A stretch of 64,000 bases of DNA from contig NC_043003.1 in NCBI RefSeq assembly GCF_006345805.1, positions 25,482,001-25,546,000 of the forward strand, written 5' to 3'. The notes under the pieces are model-generated. The model was not told where the DNA came from and ran no database searches. It saw only the letters and a program-made list of their open reading frames with translations. The stretch is from Octopus sinensis. Its lineage: Eukaryota. Both the position numbers and the translations under genes were made by a program. Positions 25,102-36,667 of this stretch are shown here, piece by piece (the stretch's first letter is position 1; the number at the start of each line of letters is the position of its first letter).

Positions 25102-25302
25102 TCAATCCTTTAGCAATCAGATTACTGTAAGATGTAATGTTTATTCATTCAATTTGTTTTGAATTAATCCTTGCATTATCAAGATTTTGATGATGTGGAA
25201 TATTTATTTTTAGAATGACATTGTAGGGTAGGTGGAGAGACTAGATCTGGCCAGTTTGAACATAAAACAACATTATGGCCAATCTAAATGCTAGAAGGTT
25301 AA
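25102..25302 (+). mobile_element. MITE family 1
   Basis: tcaatcctttagcaatcagatt ... aaatgctagaaggttaa. Similar copies at 29193, 32008, 52920 and 60989 (+) and at 45018 and 50708 (-). Confidence 0.8.
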
Positions 25303-25851
25303 AGGAAGTCATTAACCTTCCAAATCATTGAGGTTCAAGCTTGAATTAATTAGTCAATGACTAAAACACTATTTAGGCCAATGGCTAAAAGTAAATTGTA
25401 TGAACATTTTTTTTTCTAATTGAACCATGAGCAATGTAATGTCTGAATATACATTGCTTCAGTGAAATAAGTCTATTAACAGATGAGGGATCAATCATTC
25501 AAGATACTGATATACAAAACACAGCAGTGAGGATGTGATGTAGATTATATTAGACAGCTTAACCCGACAGAGAAATGAATAACAGAACAAAGCTGTTTGT
25601 CATGTCAAGTTGGTTAGACATCAATTTCTAATGAAACGTTTTAAAGAGGTCAGTTGCTTCTTGTCCAAATGTATGTCCCCCACCCCTACCAAATATCTAC
25701 ACATTGGTTAGACAAATGGATGGATAGAGAAGTAAATGTATATGCCCTCAGAGTGCAGGAAGGAAATGCTGTCTAACTATGAAGAGGAGCTGTTTTAACG
25801 GTCTTTGATAAATGTTTAGAAGAATTTGAAAGAAAATCAGAATTGTCCGAC

Positions 25852-25952
25852 CATTCACTGAAGCAGTTGCGTCGTCCAACTTCAAGTTGCTCTAATTCTT
25901 CATCAAGCATAAAATTCAACTCTTCCCGTTCTGTATCATCAGCTTTATCATC
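25852..25952 (-). CDS. LARP1: LARP1 exon 11: DDKADDTEREELNFMLDEELEQLEVGRRNCFSEW
   Basis: Matches the LARP1 EL.F..DEE..Q..GR.N.F..W motif. cttaacag acceptor. The weak donor TG|gtcgga is required by the phase-2 acceptor of exon 12. Confidence 0.9.
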
Positions 25953-26698
25953 CTGTTAAGACAAACCCAAGAAAAGAAGAAAAAGGAAAATATGTTTAGT
26001 GAGGTATATAGAAGCAACAATAAAAAAAACAAAAAAAAAATCTTTTTTAAAGGAAAACAGCAGGTTAAAGGAGCCAACTGTCACCCAGGCTGCTAGAAAC
26101 AGCACCAAAACCTCCCTCAAGCCGTATCTTGCCTCCTTAATGGGTGGATGGGTTGGTGAAGTAATGCAGTATCAGATAAAACATTAAGTTGGGAATATGT
26201 TGTCCTTAATTATATTAAAGGGTATCTTGCTAGTGAACCTTAACCAGAATGTAATGTCAGCCAAGAAATAACGAAAGAACCAGCACTAACGTGGTGGGAG
26301 GAAAAGAAGAAGAAAAAAAAAAAAGAGACTACCTCAATGAAACAAATTCAGTATTTTTAAAGAGGAAATCATCAGACTCAACAAACTGCAATCTTGATGG
26401 CAATTTCAGAGTGAATTTAGACCAAATATAGGCAGCCTAATATTATGATGTTAAATTGTTGGTAGTTACAGGAACAGATACTAAGCTACATCAACTGTGC
26501 AACTTCAAATCTATGTTGTTATATTCACACAAAATGTATCAGATAATTTATAGTACTTTTTTCAATAATTCAGTACTAGTAGATTTCAGTTTCTGTTAAC
26601 TTGGTAATGGCTGGAATATCTTTGACTTTGGTCAACTTGATGGCAGAGCTGTTCTGGAACTGAATAACAACTCGTGTTTTTTTATTATGCTCATGTTA

Positions 26699-26860
26699 GC
26701 AGGAGTGGCTGTGTGGTAAGTAGCTTGCTTACCAACCACATGGTTCCGGGTTCAGTCCCACTGCGTGGCATCTTGGGCAAGTGTCTTCTGCTATAGCCTC
26801 GGGCTGACCAATGCCTTGTGAGTGGATTTGGTAGATGGAAACTGAAAGAAGCCTGTCGTA

Positions 26861-26903
<43 letters not shown>

Positions 26904-27105
26904 GTGTGTGTGTTTGTCCCCTCACCATCGCTTGACAACCAATGCTGGTGTGTTTACGTCCCTGACACTTAGCGGTTCGGCAAAAAGAGACCGATAGAAT
27001 AAGTACTGGGCTTACAAAGAATAAGTCCCGGGGTCGATTTGCTCGACTAAAGGTGGTGCTGCAGCATGGCCGCAGTCAAATGACTGAAACAAGTTAAAGA
27101 GTAAA
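26699..27105 (+). mobile_element. Near full-length tRNA-derived SINE with CORE-like block and internal (TA)/(TG) microsatellite
   Basis: A-box-like tggctgtgtgg and B-box-like ggttcagtccc, then tggcatcttgggcaagtgtcttc. Many truncated copies occur elsewhere in the window (1340, 15640, 36205, 38835, 43840, 44265, 55200, 57325, 62005). Confidence 0.85.
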
Positions 27106-27204
27106 GTATACATCTTCTACAAACATAGTGAGGTTTGAAGAGAACGAGTGTGGCTACATAGTCACTGTTTGTGCCAGACATTCTAATTTTAAAATGTATA
27201 CTAA

Positions 27205-28467
27205 CCCTTTCATTACTAACCCAGCCGAAAAATTTTTTGGTTCATAATACCAACCCAGCCTAGAGAACCTATTGTTATTTAAATGTAAATTTGAACCCAA
27301 ATCTCGTTGGTACATACGTTAAAACATGTGATTTCACATTGTAAATAGTTAAGTTATAGTATCCGACATTGCTTGAAGTGATATCTCAACTCAGTGAATA
27401 TTGGGAGATTTTTTTCCACATTTTTTTCGGCATCGATTTTACTTCAACTTTGAAAATGGATAGGAGTTTCATGTTATCAAGCATTGATTCCGAATTTAAA
27501 GCTTTTTCAACGGAAAATAGGGAGATATCGAGAAAAAGAATCAAATTGGTACAGAAGCACGTGGTGTACAAAATAATGAATAAGATATTTTTTTATCCGA
27601 AAATGAAAGCAGCGATTCTGAAGAAACAAATCGGCGATGGCGACAGCAAAGATGATTTTACATCGGAATGAAGTAAAAAAACTTTAAAAATGTTATTATT
27701 AGCAATTTTTCTGGGGAGATAGTTTATCTAGTCTTTCTTAGAAAGCGAAACCATTAGACTTTTATTTTTTTCAGTATGCTAGTTTGAAGCGACCACTTCA
27801 AAACCAAATTTACGCAGATTGTAAACAAACACAAAAGTTTGGAAAATTTGTGAAGCAAATACTGGGTACTGTTGTGGATTTAGTTTTTATACAGGGAAAA
27901 TAATGTTAGTCAGCATGGCCTAGGGAACGATGTGGTCTGGAATTTATCACTTCCATACCATAACCAGGGCTGTATATTATTTTTTGACCGATTTCTTTAG
28001 TTCGGTCAAACTTGCGGTGGATTCCAGTATTTCAGTTTATTCCACCTTCATGGTACACCTGTTGTGCATTAAATTCAACTGATGATCTAGTGATGTGCAC
28101 AATTCTTCTTTATCAAAATTTTGTTGCATACCCATTTGAATATTAGCTGATGATTCATTTTCTATGGTGATGTTTAAACAAAATTTTAATATTTTTACCT
28201 TTTGCTCAATTTAAAATTTTAATATTTTTACCTTTTGCTCAATTTACCTGGATTTACCTGTAATTAAAGTCACTTTGAGACAAAAGTTATGCAATAGAAT
28301 TGATTAAGAACCCTTTCTTTAATTATGTTCCAAATATCACATTAATATGTTGATAAGTAAAAAAGTTACAGTTATTTAATGAAACAAGCCTAGATTCATG
28401 ATTATTTTAGAATTTAATTGAAACTGATGAGGGGTATATTTTGGTCAGAAATATAGTAACGAAAGGG
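27205..28467 (+). mobile_element. Internally deleted piggyBac transposon with transposase remnants
   Basis: TIRs ccctttcattac / gtaacgaaaggg, flanked by CTAA (27201-27204) and TTAA (28468-28471). Remnant peptides WKICEANTGYCCGFSFYTGK (27840-27899) and HGLGNDVVWNLSLPYHNQGCILFFDRF/FSSVKLAVD (27914-about 28022) match the piggyBac core around the catalytic DNFF-type motif. Confidence 0.88.
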
Positions 28468-28755
28468 TTAAGCTGTACGAAAGTGTGAATGCCATGCATT
28501 AGTGATGAATTTATATATTTTTGCTCCAAGCTCTAAAATTTCTGCTCAGTATTGGGAAAAATTAGAGGGAATGCTTATTATTATAAAAATGTAAACGTTT
28601 ATAAAAGCATCACCATAGATATTCCCCTTTGTGAAACAAAGGTATATATTTTGAAAGAATCCCACATTTTCTCACACAAAATAATAATCATTTTAAAAGG
28701 CAAAACTCATACTTAGATGTTTATGTAAAGTTATGATTGCATTAAAGACAATTAC

Positions 28756-28970
28756 CTCTCGACTTCGTTTTTCTTTCTGTGCACATTTCTTACGGTTTCG
28801 TACCTGAACCCATTCAGCCTGTAAATCTGGTGCACTCTGTGAGACGACAGGAGGTATGGTAAGTAAGTTTGAAGGAACACCTTCAAGTGTAGGTTCACTG
28901 GGAGTTTCCTCATTTAAGTCTTCAGATTCTTTGCCTTCAGTTCCTCCCAAGCTATGGCTATCTTCAGTAT
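28756..28970 (-). CDS. LARP1: LARP1 exon 10: NTEDSHSL...VVSQSAPDLQAEWVQVRNRKK...RSRE
   Basis: SQSAPDL and W.QV.(R/K)K motifs. ttactag acceptor and GAG|gtaatt donor, 215 nt. Confidence 0.95.
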
Positions 28971-29192
28971 CTAGTAACAAATTAAAAATAAATTTCATGA
29001 GTGTTGCAATTCATTTACATGCTCTTGCAGTTACTGCAGAATAGTCAGCAAGTTGAATGCCTTACTAGTGCTTATCTTTTTTAAAGCAGACCAAATATAA
29101 CAGAAATTACTTATGCTAAAGTTGGCAAAATAGTTAAAATATTTCCGAGGAAGATATACCGATGAACTTAGAAGGGTGAAAGGAAATAATTA

Positions 29193-29360
29193 TTAATCCT
29201 TTAACATTCAGATTATTGTCAAATGTAATGCTTATTTATTCACATTGCTTAGAATAAATCATATATTATGTTGTAACTCAGAGATTTCAATGATATGATT
29301 GCTTGATTTTAGACTGACATTGTAGGGTAGGTGTAGGAGGCCAGATCTGGCCAGTCCAAA
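29193..29360 (+). mobile_element. MITE family 1, 3'-truncated
   Basis: Starts ttaatcctttaacattcagatt, with internal similarity to 25102-25302. Confidence 0.75.
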
Positions 29361-29689
29361 TACTAAATAACTGTAAATGGTAATAACTAGGTTGCTAGTG
29401 TAAAACTATAATGTAATTTGTGCCATAATGGAAATGTGTACAACCACTACTGGTTTACATATTTAAGAAATTACTTGAGTTCATTAAATACATAAAAAAA
29501 CAAATTGGTAAAAAACTGTTTCAATTATTTTGGTGGAAAAACAATGAAATTATTATGGACATTATTTTTAATAAAGTAAGAGTAAGAAATGAGTAGGAGG
29601 AGAGAGATTCTGGTAGGTTTGAACTCAGAGAAAGTACAAAAGTAGCTGCAAAGCAGCCTGAAAGAATTTTTTTTTTTAAATCAACATAC

Positions 29690-29861
29690 TGCGTTCAGGG
29701 AATGCATAAGTTTGGCCTGGAATAAATTCTGGAACATCTGGGTGAAGGTTACTTTTGGGAGGCAAAACTGGTGCCGAGACAGGCCATTTTGACGGACCTT
29801 CCTTAGGTCGAACAGCATTCAAATCTACAGAGTATTCAACTGTATCACTGTCTTGAAGTGC
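29690..29861 (-). CDS. LARP1: LARP1 exon 9: end of La motif plus PAM2 (NLHPDVPEFIP)
   Basis: cttactacag acceptor, A|gtatgt donor, 172 nt. Reads ALQDSDTVEY...WP...LHPDVPEFIPG. Confidence 0.96.
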
Positions 29862-30709
29862 CTGTAGTAAGGAAAAGATGACAGAATTAAGAGTTATTTT
29901 ATATAAATAACCGAAGAAATAATAACAGCAACTCTCAAAAGCAATGCAACTGTTTGCAGTTCAGAGCAGATGTTGCAATGCGAGAGTAAACTATTAATCT
30001 CACAAATAACTGTTGTGGGGAAACAGAAAAAACTTGCCAGAGAAATATCCTTCTAAATTCAGTCAAATCTTACATTGGGGGAAAATAATGGCCATGAACC
30101 TACATTAGAAAAGAAAAGCTCCCAGTGGGCAAAGTTTTACAACTTTCAACGAAAGAAATAATTTGAATTTATAAATAATTTTTTTTAAATGTCTTAATTT
30201 TCATCCCCCGCCCTATTTTATTTACCTGTAAGGTAAGTGACAAATTCTACATAATGAAATTAGTGATTTATGTATGCGTGTGCATATTTATGCATACAAG
30301 TAGTGTGCACTGATTTATTTACATTTTGTAGTTTTCTTCAAAGGTTTTGGAAAATTCCAATATTTTATGGTATTTTACCTTTTGGAGCTCACCTGCTTTA
30401 AAGTGACTCCTCAAAGACAGTGGAAACCCAATAATGTGCACAACATTTCTGTACTACATATCTGTTATATATCCTAGCTGAATATTGGCTAATATTTCTT
30501 TGTGAGGTAATATTTAAACAAAATTAAATTTTACATCCTGCTGAATTTACTTCTGAGTTGTAGCTGAAGCTGATGGATAGTTTTTGACTTGGAGCCGGCA
30601 ATTAACTTTTTTTTAAATGTCACATTGATATTATCAGAATCAGAACTAATTGGATCTAAACTTTCCACTGTCACTGAATTATCAGACAGGAAGCAAATTC
30701 GAAACTTAC

Positions 30710-30854
30710 CTCAATAATAACATCCATAACTTTAGTGGCGTTGGCAATTCGCCGGAACGTTGAGATGAGTGATAAAGGAATCCATCCATCCTGATCCATG
30801 TTTTGCCGTAGGAAATAGTCCCGGTTCAAGTTATCTTCTGACAAATAGTACTCT
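30710..30854 (-). CDS. LARP1: LARP1 exon 8: La motif core IEYYLSEDNLNRDYFLRQNMDQDGWIPLSLISTFRRIANATKVMDVIIE
   Basis: Clear La-motif signature (QIEYY.S..NL..D.FL...MD..G.IP....F.R). ttttcag acceptor and GAG|gtaagt donor. Confidence 0.98.
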
Positions 30855-32007
30855 CTGAAAATAAAAAAAAAAGATGCAAAATAGAAATACAAAGATATAT
30901 ATATATCATCATTATCATTTAACAGATGGCATGATAAAAAAGGAAGGACACATTATAGTCCTAAATATATTACATACGTGTGTGAGGAAATCGAGAGGTG
31001 AAACACCTTTGACCATAGGTTTGCTTAATTATGCTTATCTGAGACAAAACTACCACAACAACCCAACCAGCAACATTTGGTACCATACAGGTCATATGAT
31101 TAAAAAAAAAAGTTACAAAATAATTTTTTTAAAAATTCAGAAAAGAAAAAAAAAGTTATTAGCACCGAAGTTTCTCATTTCACTGAGAACTCAAGTGTAA
31201 CACTTCTGCTCTCCCTGCCAGCTTCTGAATTGTACACATTCACATGTATGAGATAACAACCTGATCTGCATTAATCTACAGTCTTGGACAACTTACAAAA
31301 CTAATTCTCTATCTGTTTATACTAAGCTGTACACATAGGATACTAACATTGCTAAATCCTTATACTTTCCAATAGAATTATGCACTGTGTAGCATACTAA
31401 TTGCACTACTTTTAGAATAGCTGTGTGCACATAACATATATTTTATCCCCAAAATAATATTTAAATAAAATTTATACAATACTGTCTAGTACAATGTATT
31501 TCAGTATCAATAGTGTATCACTGAATTTATTTGGTAATTTCAAGAAATTTTGGGATATGGCTAAAATGATCAAGTCACCTAACTACACATCCTAATATTA
31601 AGGGCTATCACCCAACCAAATAGCAGGAAACTAAACCCGAAGTCCAAGACTCAGTGATTAACCAAATGGGCTACTTCATTAAACTGACAATATAGCTTAT
31701 TTTATCAACCTCAGAAGGATAAAGTTATGTTGTTTCTCCAAAATAAGGAATAAATTATCTAGATTGTCTAAAATTGCCACCGTCTCTTCTGAGAGCCATA
31801 AAGGGATCTCAAATATAAATAAATACATACAAAATCAATAATTATAATCAGTTACTAACTCCTATTTTAAAGGTTATGAATCCTTCAGTCAATATTATAA
31901 TATAAACAGTGTAACACAAAACACTTGGTTGAATCTTCGGTCAATATTCCATTACAATTAATGTAACACGGATTCCAAGTCAAAAGCGCTGGATTGAGGA
32001 GAAAATA

Positions 32008-32235
32008 TTAATCCTCTAACATTCAAATTATTCTGTCAAATGTAAAGCTTATGTATTCACACCATTTTAAATAATCATACATTATTTCAAGGGTTTGAGA
32101 TTTCAATGATGTGGTTGTTTATTTTTAAAATGACACGGTAAGGTAGCTATGAAAGACCATATCTGTCTAGTTTTAATAGAAAACAGGTAGAATATTTTGG
32201 CCTGGATATGGCCCATTTAAACAATAAAGGGTCAA
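32008..32235 (+). mobile_element. MITE family 1
   Basis: ttaatcctctaacattcaaatt ... aataaagggtcaa. Ends 38 nt from the exon 7 donor. Confidence 0.8.
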
Positions 32236-32273
32236 ATAATAATTTAGAGGTAAAGTAAATGGAAAGAACTTAC

Positions 32274-32391
32274 ATTTGACTTTTGATGAACTCTTTCACT
32301 TGTGCGTTGTCATAAGACTGAATGCCATAGTACATGGTCCCATTGAAATAGGCTGTTGGATCATATTGGTAAGGATCATGCAGAGAAAACC
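32274..32391 (-). CDS. LARP1: LARP1 exon 7: GFSLHDPYQYDPTAYFNGTMYY...VKEFIKSQ (start of La motif)
   Basis: ccctttcactag acceptor, AT|gtaagt donor, 118 nt. Joins exon 8 to give KSQIEYY. Confidence 0.95.
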
Positions 32392-33293
32392 CTAGTGAAA
32401 GGGTTAAAGGGAGAAACATTAGAGCAATGAAAATATAATAAAATCAAATATAAAAAACAAGAGCTAAAATCAAAGAAACAGAGCCAACAAAGGTAGCTAA
32501 ATATCAATGATTCCCAACCTTTTATCATTATGACCCAGTCTGATAAAACAACTGCCCACGACACTGCCTTTCTTAAAAATATCCCAATTAAATACAACTA
32601 ATGTGGTTATTTGGGAGAATGTGTAGTTTTCCTTTTTTTAAACTTTAAGCAAATATGCCCTGGATGTATTTACAAACATTTGAGTTTTTATAAAATGTTT
32701 CACAAGTACAAAATTTTATCATCATAACCCTTTCATCGACCCAATTGTTTGAGAAGAGCTGCTCTACATGGTCACACAACCTGTATAGACTAGCAGCTAA
32801 ATCACCTGTAAATACCCTCACAGCTTCTAAAAGGGCACATTGCATAACATGGTCTTGGGTTTTGGAAAACAAGATGGCCATAGCTTGAATGCTTTTGATA
32901 ATAGGTCTGCTTGATCAGGGCTAACCTGCAGATAAAAAACAGCATGGAGTCCATGCTTATGTTCTATGCAAAGTTGAATGAAAGACAATTCAGTCAAAAT
33001 TGTAATCACTTGGTCAATAGATCTCCTAGTCCTTTTTCAGCTTCTTGTTCAATGATAGATTAAAATCAAATCAACAGAGGACAGGAAACATTTAGGAAAT
33101 GGAAAATTAAATCCTCAAGATAATAAAACATTTCATGAGAGACACAAAAATGTGTAAATTCACCTATAAACCAGGTGGAACGAGATAGGTGACAGTATGG
33201 ATTCTCTGTGGTATTAAAAGATGCCTGATTTAATGATTTAACACACACACATACATACGTGCATGCACACATACATAGATGAAGAACACAAAC

Positions 33294-33428
33294 CCCTTCC
33301 ACGTCCTCGTCCACTCCCGCCAGCACCACGACCGCGGCCTCTTCCTCGACGTCCGCCACGGTAAGATCTTTGCATTTCTTTCGGGCTGAGTGGTGCCATA
33401 CCGTCTCTCCAGTTGCCAGACTCTGGGA
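33294..33428 (-). CDS. LARP1: LARP1 exon 6: RG/RGG-repeat exon VPESGNWRDG...YRGGRRGRGRGRGAGGSGRGRGR
   Basis: ttttttcag acceptor, G|gtttgt donor, 135 nt. RG repeats precede the La motif, as in LARP1. Confidence 0.93.
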
Positions 33429-33996
33429 CTGAAAAAAAATATGAAACAATAATAATAAAGAATGCTCCTCTCACCTGAATATATCAATAAAATATTTGCA
33501 ATATCAAATTTTCCTAATATGCTATAAAAATTAATCAGTGGAGATTGTGAGGTTATGACTGACAAGCATGCAAGCACTTCAAGCTGTTAACAATGAAGGA
33601 TGCCATGACACAGTTGGCTGGCATGCTAGAAATAGTAGTTATATCTCCTATTATAGTCTTAAAAAAAAAATTACAGGTGCATTCTCCAGGAGAAAAGCAG
33701 TATAGTAATAACTGAAACAGGATCTATTCAACTGGAGATGACTGGAAGCTAAAAATGAGAACCTAAGTTGCACTGACTATAAATCAAGACTGTCTTGTGG
33801 AAGTATATCTTTCTAAAGAAACTACCAACTGCATTACACCAACAAATAGCTTCCTTTTACAATAACTAAGTCCAGTTTCTGAAAAGATACTTATTTTACA
33901 GGCTCTAAATTGGAACACTGTACCAGATACCAACTGAATTTTTAAATCATTCAGATAATAAAGATAAAGAAATATTGAAGTATATCAAATGCTTAC

Positions 33997-34155
33997 CTTT
34001 GGAGCCAGGTTCTGCTTTTTTCAATTTATCTCCCATCGGTCTACGAGGAACTGATGCAGTTGATGCACCTCCTCTGCGGCCCTGGCTACGACTGCGTCTG
34101 TTTCCGTGAACTTTGGGTGGCTCTATTTCCAGTGGAACCCATTTCTGTCGACATC
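33997..34155 (-). CDS. LARP1: LARP1 exon 5: GCRQKWVPLEIEPPKVHGNRRSRSQGRRGG...EPGSK
   Basis: Conserved KWVPL motif. tttgcag acceptor and G|gtaagc donor, 159 nt. Confidence 0.95.
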
Positions 34156-34750
34156 CTGCAAAAAAACATTTTTGTTTAAACAAAATGATGGAATAAAGCT
34201 TGTAGTAAGCTAACTTCAGAACCTTACAGACACAAGAGTTACCAAATCATCTTTTAGGAACTTTGTTCTTACATCATCAGTCTTTCATTTGGCCCTAGTC
34301 TAACTCCTATACATATGAAAGGATGCAGAAAAGTTCCTAGCATTAACAGTATCACAAGGACCACTGCAATAAGTGTGTCAATCTGAGAAGGGAATATGTT
34401 GAAAAACATAATTAACTGATACTCCCTTTTTTTCTTTTACTCAGCAACCCCTTGTGTATGTGTGTGAGTGTATACATACACACAGACTGCTGTAATAGAC
34501 ACACTTCTTAAAATTAAGCACAAGGTGATATATAAAGATACTTTTTCATTCATTTATTAGAGATAAAATTATCCAATTCCTTTTTCTCTTTTTTTTTCCT
34601 CAATTAAAAATTCATTGTTGAAAAAGCTGGGCAAACGAAAAAATGGTTTTAGGTGGAACAACTTGAAATAGAAGTTTGGAATTATCATGAAGTAAATTAC
34701 CTATATTGGGACTTTCAGTTAAAAGATAGAATGTCAACAGTTTTACAAAC

Positions 34751-34910
34751 CTTTCTTTTTAGCGCCCTTATTTGCATCTTCTGCAACTGCACCATTCTCC
34801 TTATTCTCTTTGGCACTGTCATCTCCCCCAGAGTCATTCTGGCCATTTGATGATGGTACAGGAGAGTGTGTGTTGTTAGAGGATCGTGCTGATTTCTTTG
34901 TAACTTGAAG
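34751..34910 (-). CDS. LARP1: LARP1 exon 4: LQVTKKSARSS...SAKENKENGAVAEDANKGAKKK
   Basis: ttttacag acceptor, G|gtttgt donor, 160 nt, phase 0 to 1, open frame. Confidence 0.92.
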
Positions 34911-35349
34911 CTGTAAAACATTAAGAAAATGCTATCTTATCTGAACACAGTAAACTATATATGTCACAATATATAGATTCAGTAATCCGGTAGTACTCAA
35001 AAAAAGCTCCTTAATGCATCATTCTACAAAACATAGAATATATATAGCATGATAAAAGAGAAAACGGTAAGGAATATATAAAGTCATAAATGACGTAGCT
35101 TAAATTCTGCATTCTTTTGAAGGATTTTTTTTTACAATTTTGCATTAATGCAGGCATGTAAATTATTTATTATCAAATATAATAATTCAATGAATCTGAT
35201 GGTGAAGCAATTATGACAAATTCAGACTAAAATGGTAGGAAGAAACACGAGACTGGGAAAAGTTTATACTCAAAAGATAGGGGACGAAGTTTTGAACCAA
35301 GAAATTTAAAAAAAGAAAAGAAAAACAACAAAAAAAAACCCCAACTTAC

Positions 35350-35445
35350 ATCAGTTACTTCACTTAAAGCAGGCCAATTGTCATCATGAAAGCCATTAGA
35401 ACCATCCATATCTGTAGTTGCTGCCAGTGTTGGTGTGAGGCGAGA
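35350..35445 (-). CDS. LARP1: LARP1 exon 3: SRLTPTLAATTDMDGSNGFHDDNWPALSEVTD
   Basis: ttatttccag acceptor, gtaagt donor, 96 nt. Contains the LARP1-type D-NWP-L motif. Confidence 0.92.
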
Positions 35446-36617
35446 CTGGAAATAAATAAATCTTACTTAGTAATGGAATAAAATAGAAATGTAAAAGGGG
35501 TGGAGCATTTTGGTCATTTAGTAGAAATCCAGTCAATCATTTCTCTTAATCCTGTTTCCCATTGAGCTATTTTAAATAAGATAACTCTTTTAATATTGTC
35601 TATTTATCATCATGATGGTTATATTCAAGGTTTTTTTTTTGAGGGGGGGGGGTGTTTTTTCATCACAAATACCCCTTTCTGACAATAAGAGAACAAGACC
35701 TACCTCAAGTTTAATGAACATTACAAAGCACACTAATTAATCTATGGTGCTTAAGGAGACAGTACATTGGCTTTTAATAATCAGTCCAGCAATTTAGCCT
35801 TCCACCAAAGCTTCATAAGAAAGAAGGAAAAGAAAATCTCCAAAATAGACATATCTATTAATAAGGGTGGTGCTCCAGCACTGCCAGTCAGGTGATTGAG
35901 ACCTATGCAAGCATACATCAGTGGATGGACAAAATAATCTGCAGCATTTGGTTGCATGCCAAGTCAACATTTATTTTAATTTCCCCACTTCCTAGGTCAT
36001 TAAAATAACACCAATCCACAAGAAATGAGATTGATTAAACCTCTTTTGACCTTGAAGGTGGTGGTCCAGCATTACCACAATTACCCTTTTTGAAAAAATG
36101 CTATGAGATGTGATACTCCCAGCAGAATCAGCTAAATAAAGTGATTTCAATCAAGAATTCAGACTAGACAATAGATTGTATTTTGAATAGTTTCAGGTAT
36201 TAGCTAAGATGTTAAGAAGTTTGCTCCCCGGCATGTTTTCAGGTTTAGTCCCATTGCCTAGGTTGGCCAAAGACTTGTGAGGTGACTTGGTAGATGGAAA
36301 CTGAGACAAGCTCACAGTATTTTTGTGCATGTGCACATACGTTTACATTTGTACGCTTCCAAAAAATTGCTGAGTTGCAAATCAGTAACATTGCCGTGTA
36401 AAATAAAATATCCATTACATGAAAAACAGGTAGTGGTTAGCAACAGAAAAAGCATCTGGTTGTAAAGCAATGCCTCAATAAGATGGTCTAACACACGCTA
36501 GCCCTGTACAGAGATGGTGCATTGTCTAATCCTGGAAGTTTTGGATCATTGAAGTTCAGCCTGCAATAGATAGCTAGTTAACAGTAGTTTTACACTGAAG
36601 TAAAGTAATCCACTTAC

Positions 36618-36667
36618 CTTGGGCACATCTACTTTCTTATCTTGTGTAATTTTAATAACTTTTGTTT
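36618..36667 (-). CDS. LARP1: LARP1 exon 2: (E)TKVIKITQDKKVDVPK, phase 1 to 0
   Basis: Acceptor ttccttttccttttttag and donor AAG|gtaagt. The 50-nt exon is in frame with exon 3. Confidence 0.85.

Noticed and set aside
26699-26770. tRNA-like A/B-box sequence
   Set aside because: It is the head of a multi-copy SINE and continues into CORE-like and tail sequence. No complete cloverleaf is evident, so it is not called a tRNA gene.
35227-35409. ATG at 35409 (MDGSNG...) as the LARP1 start codon
   Set aside because: The frame is open upstream to a good acceptor at 35446, and two further in-frame exons exist (36618-36667, 63015-63035). The true start is probably outside the window, though internal initiation cannot be excluded.
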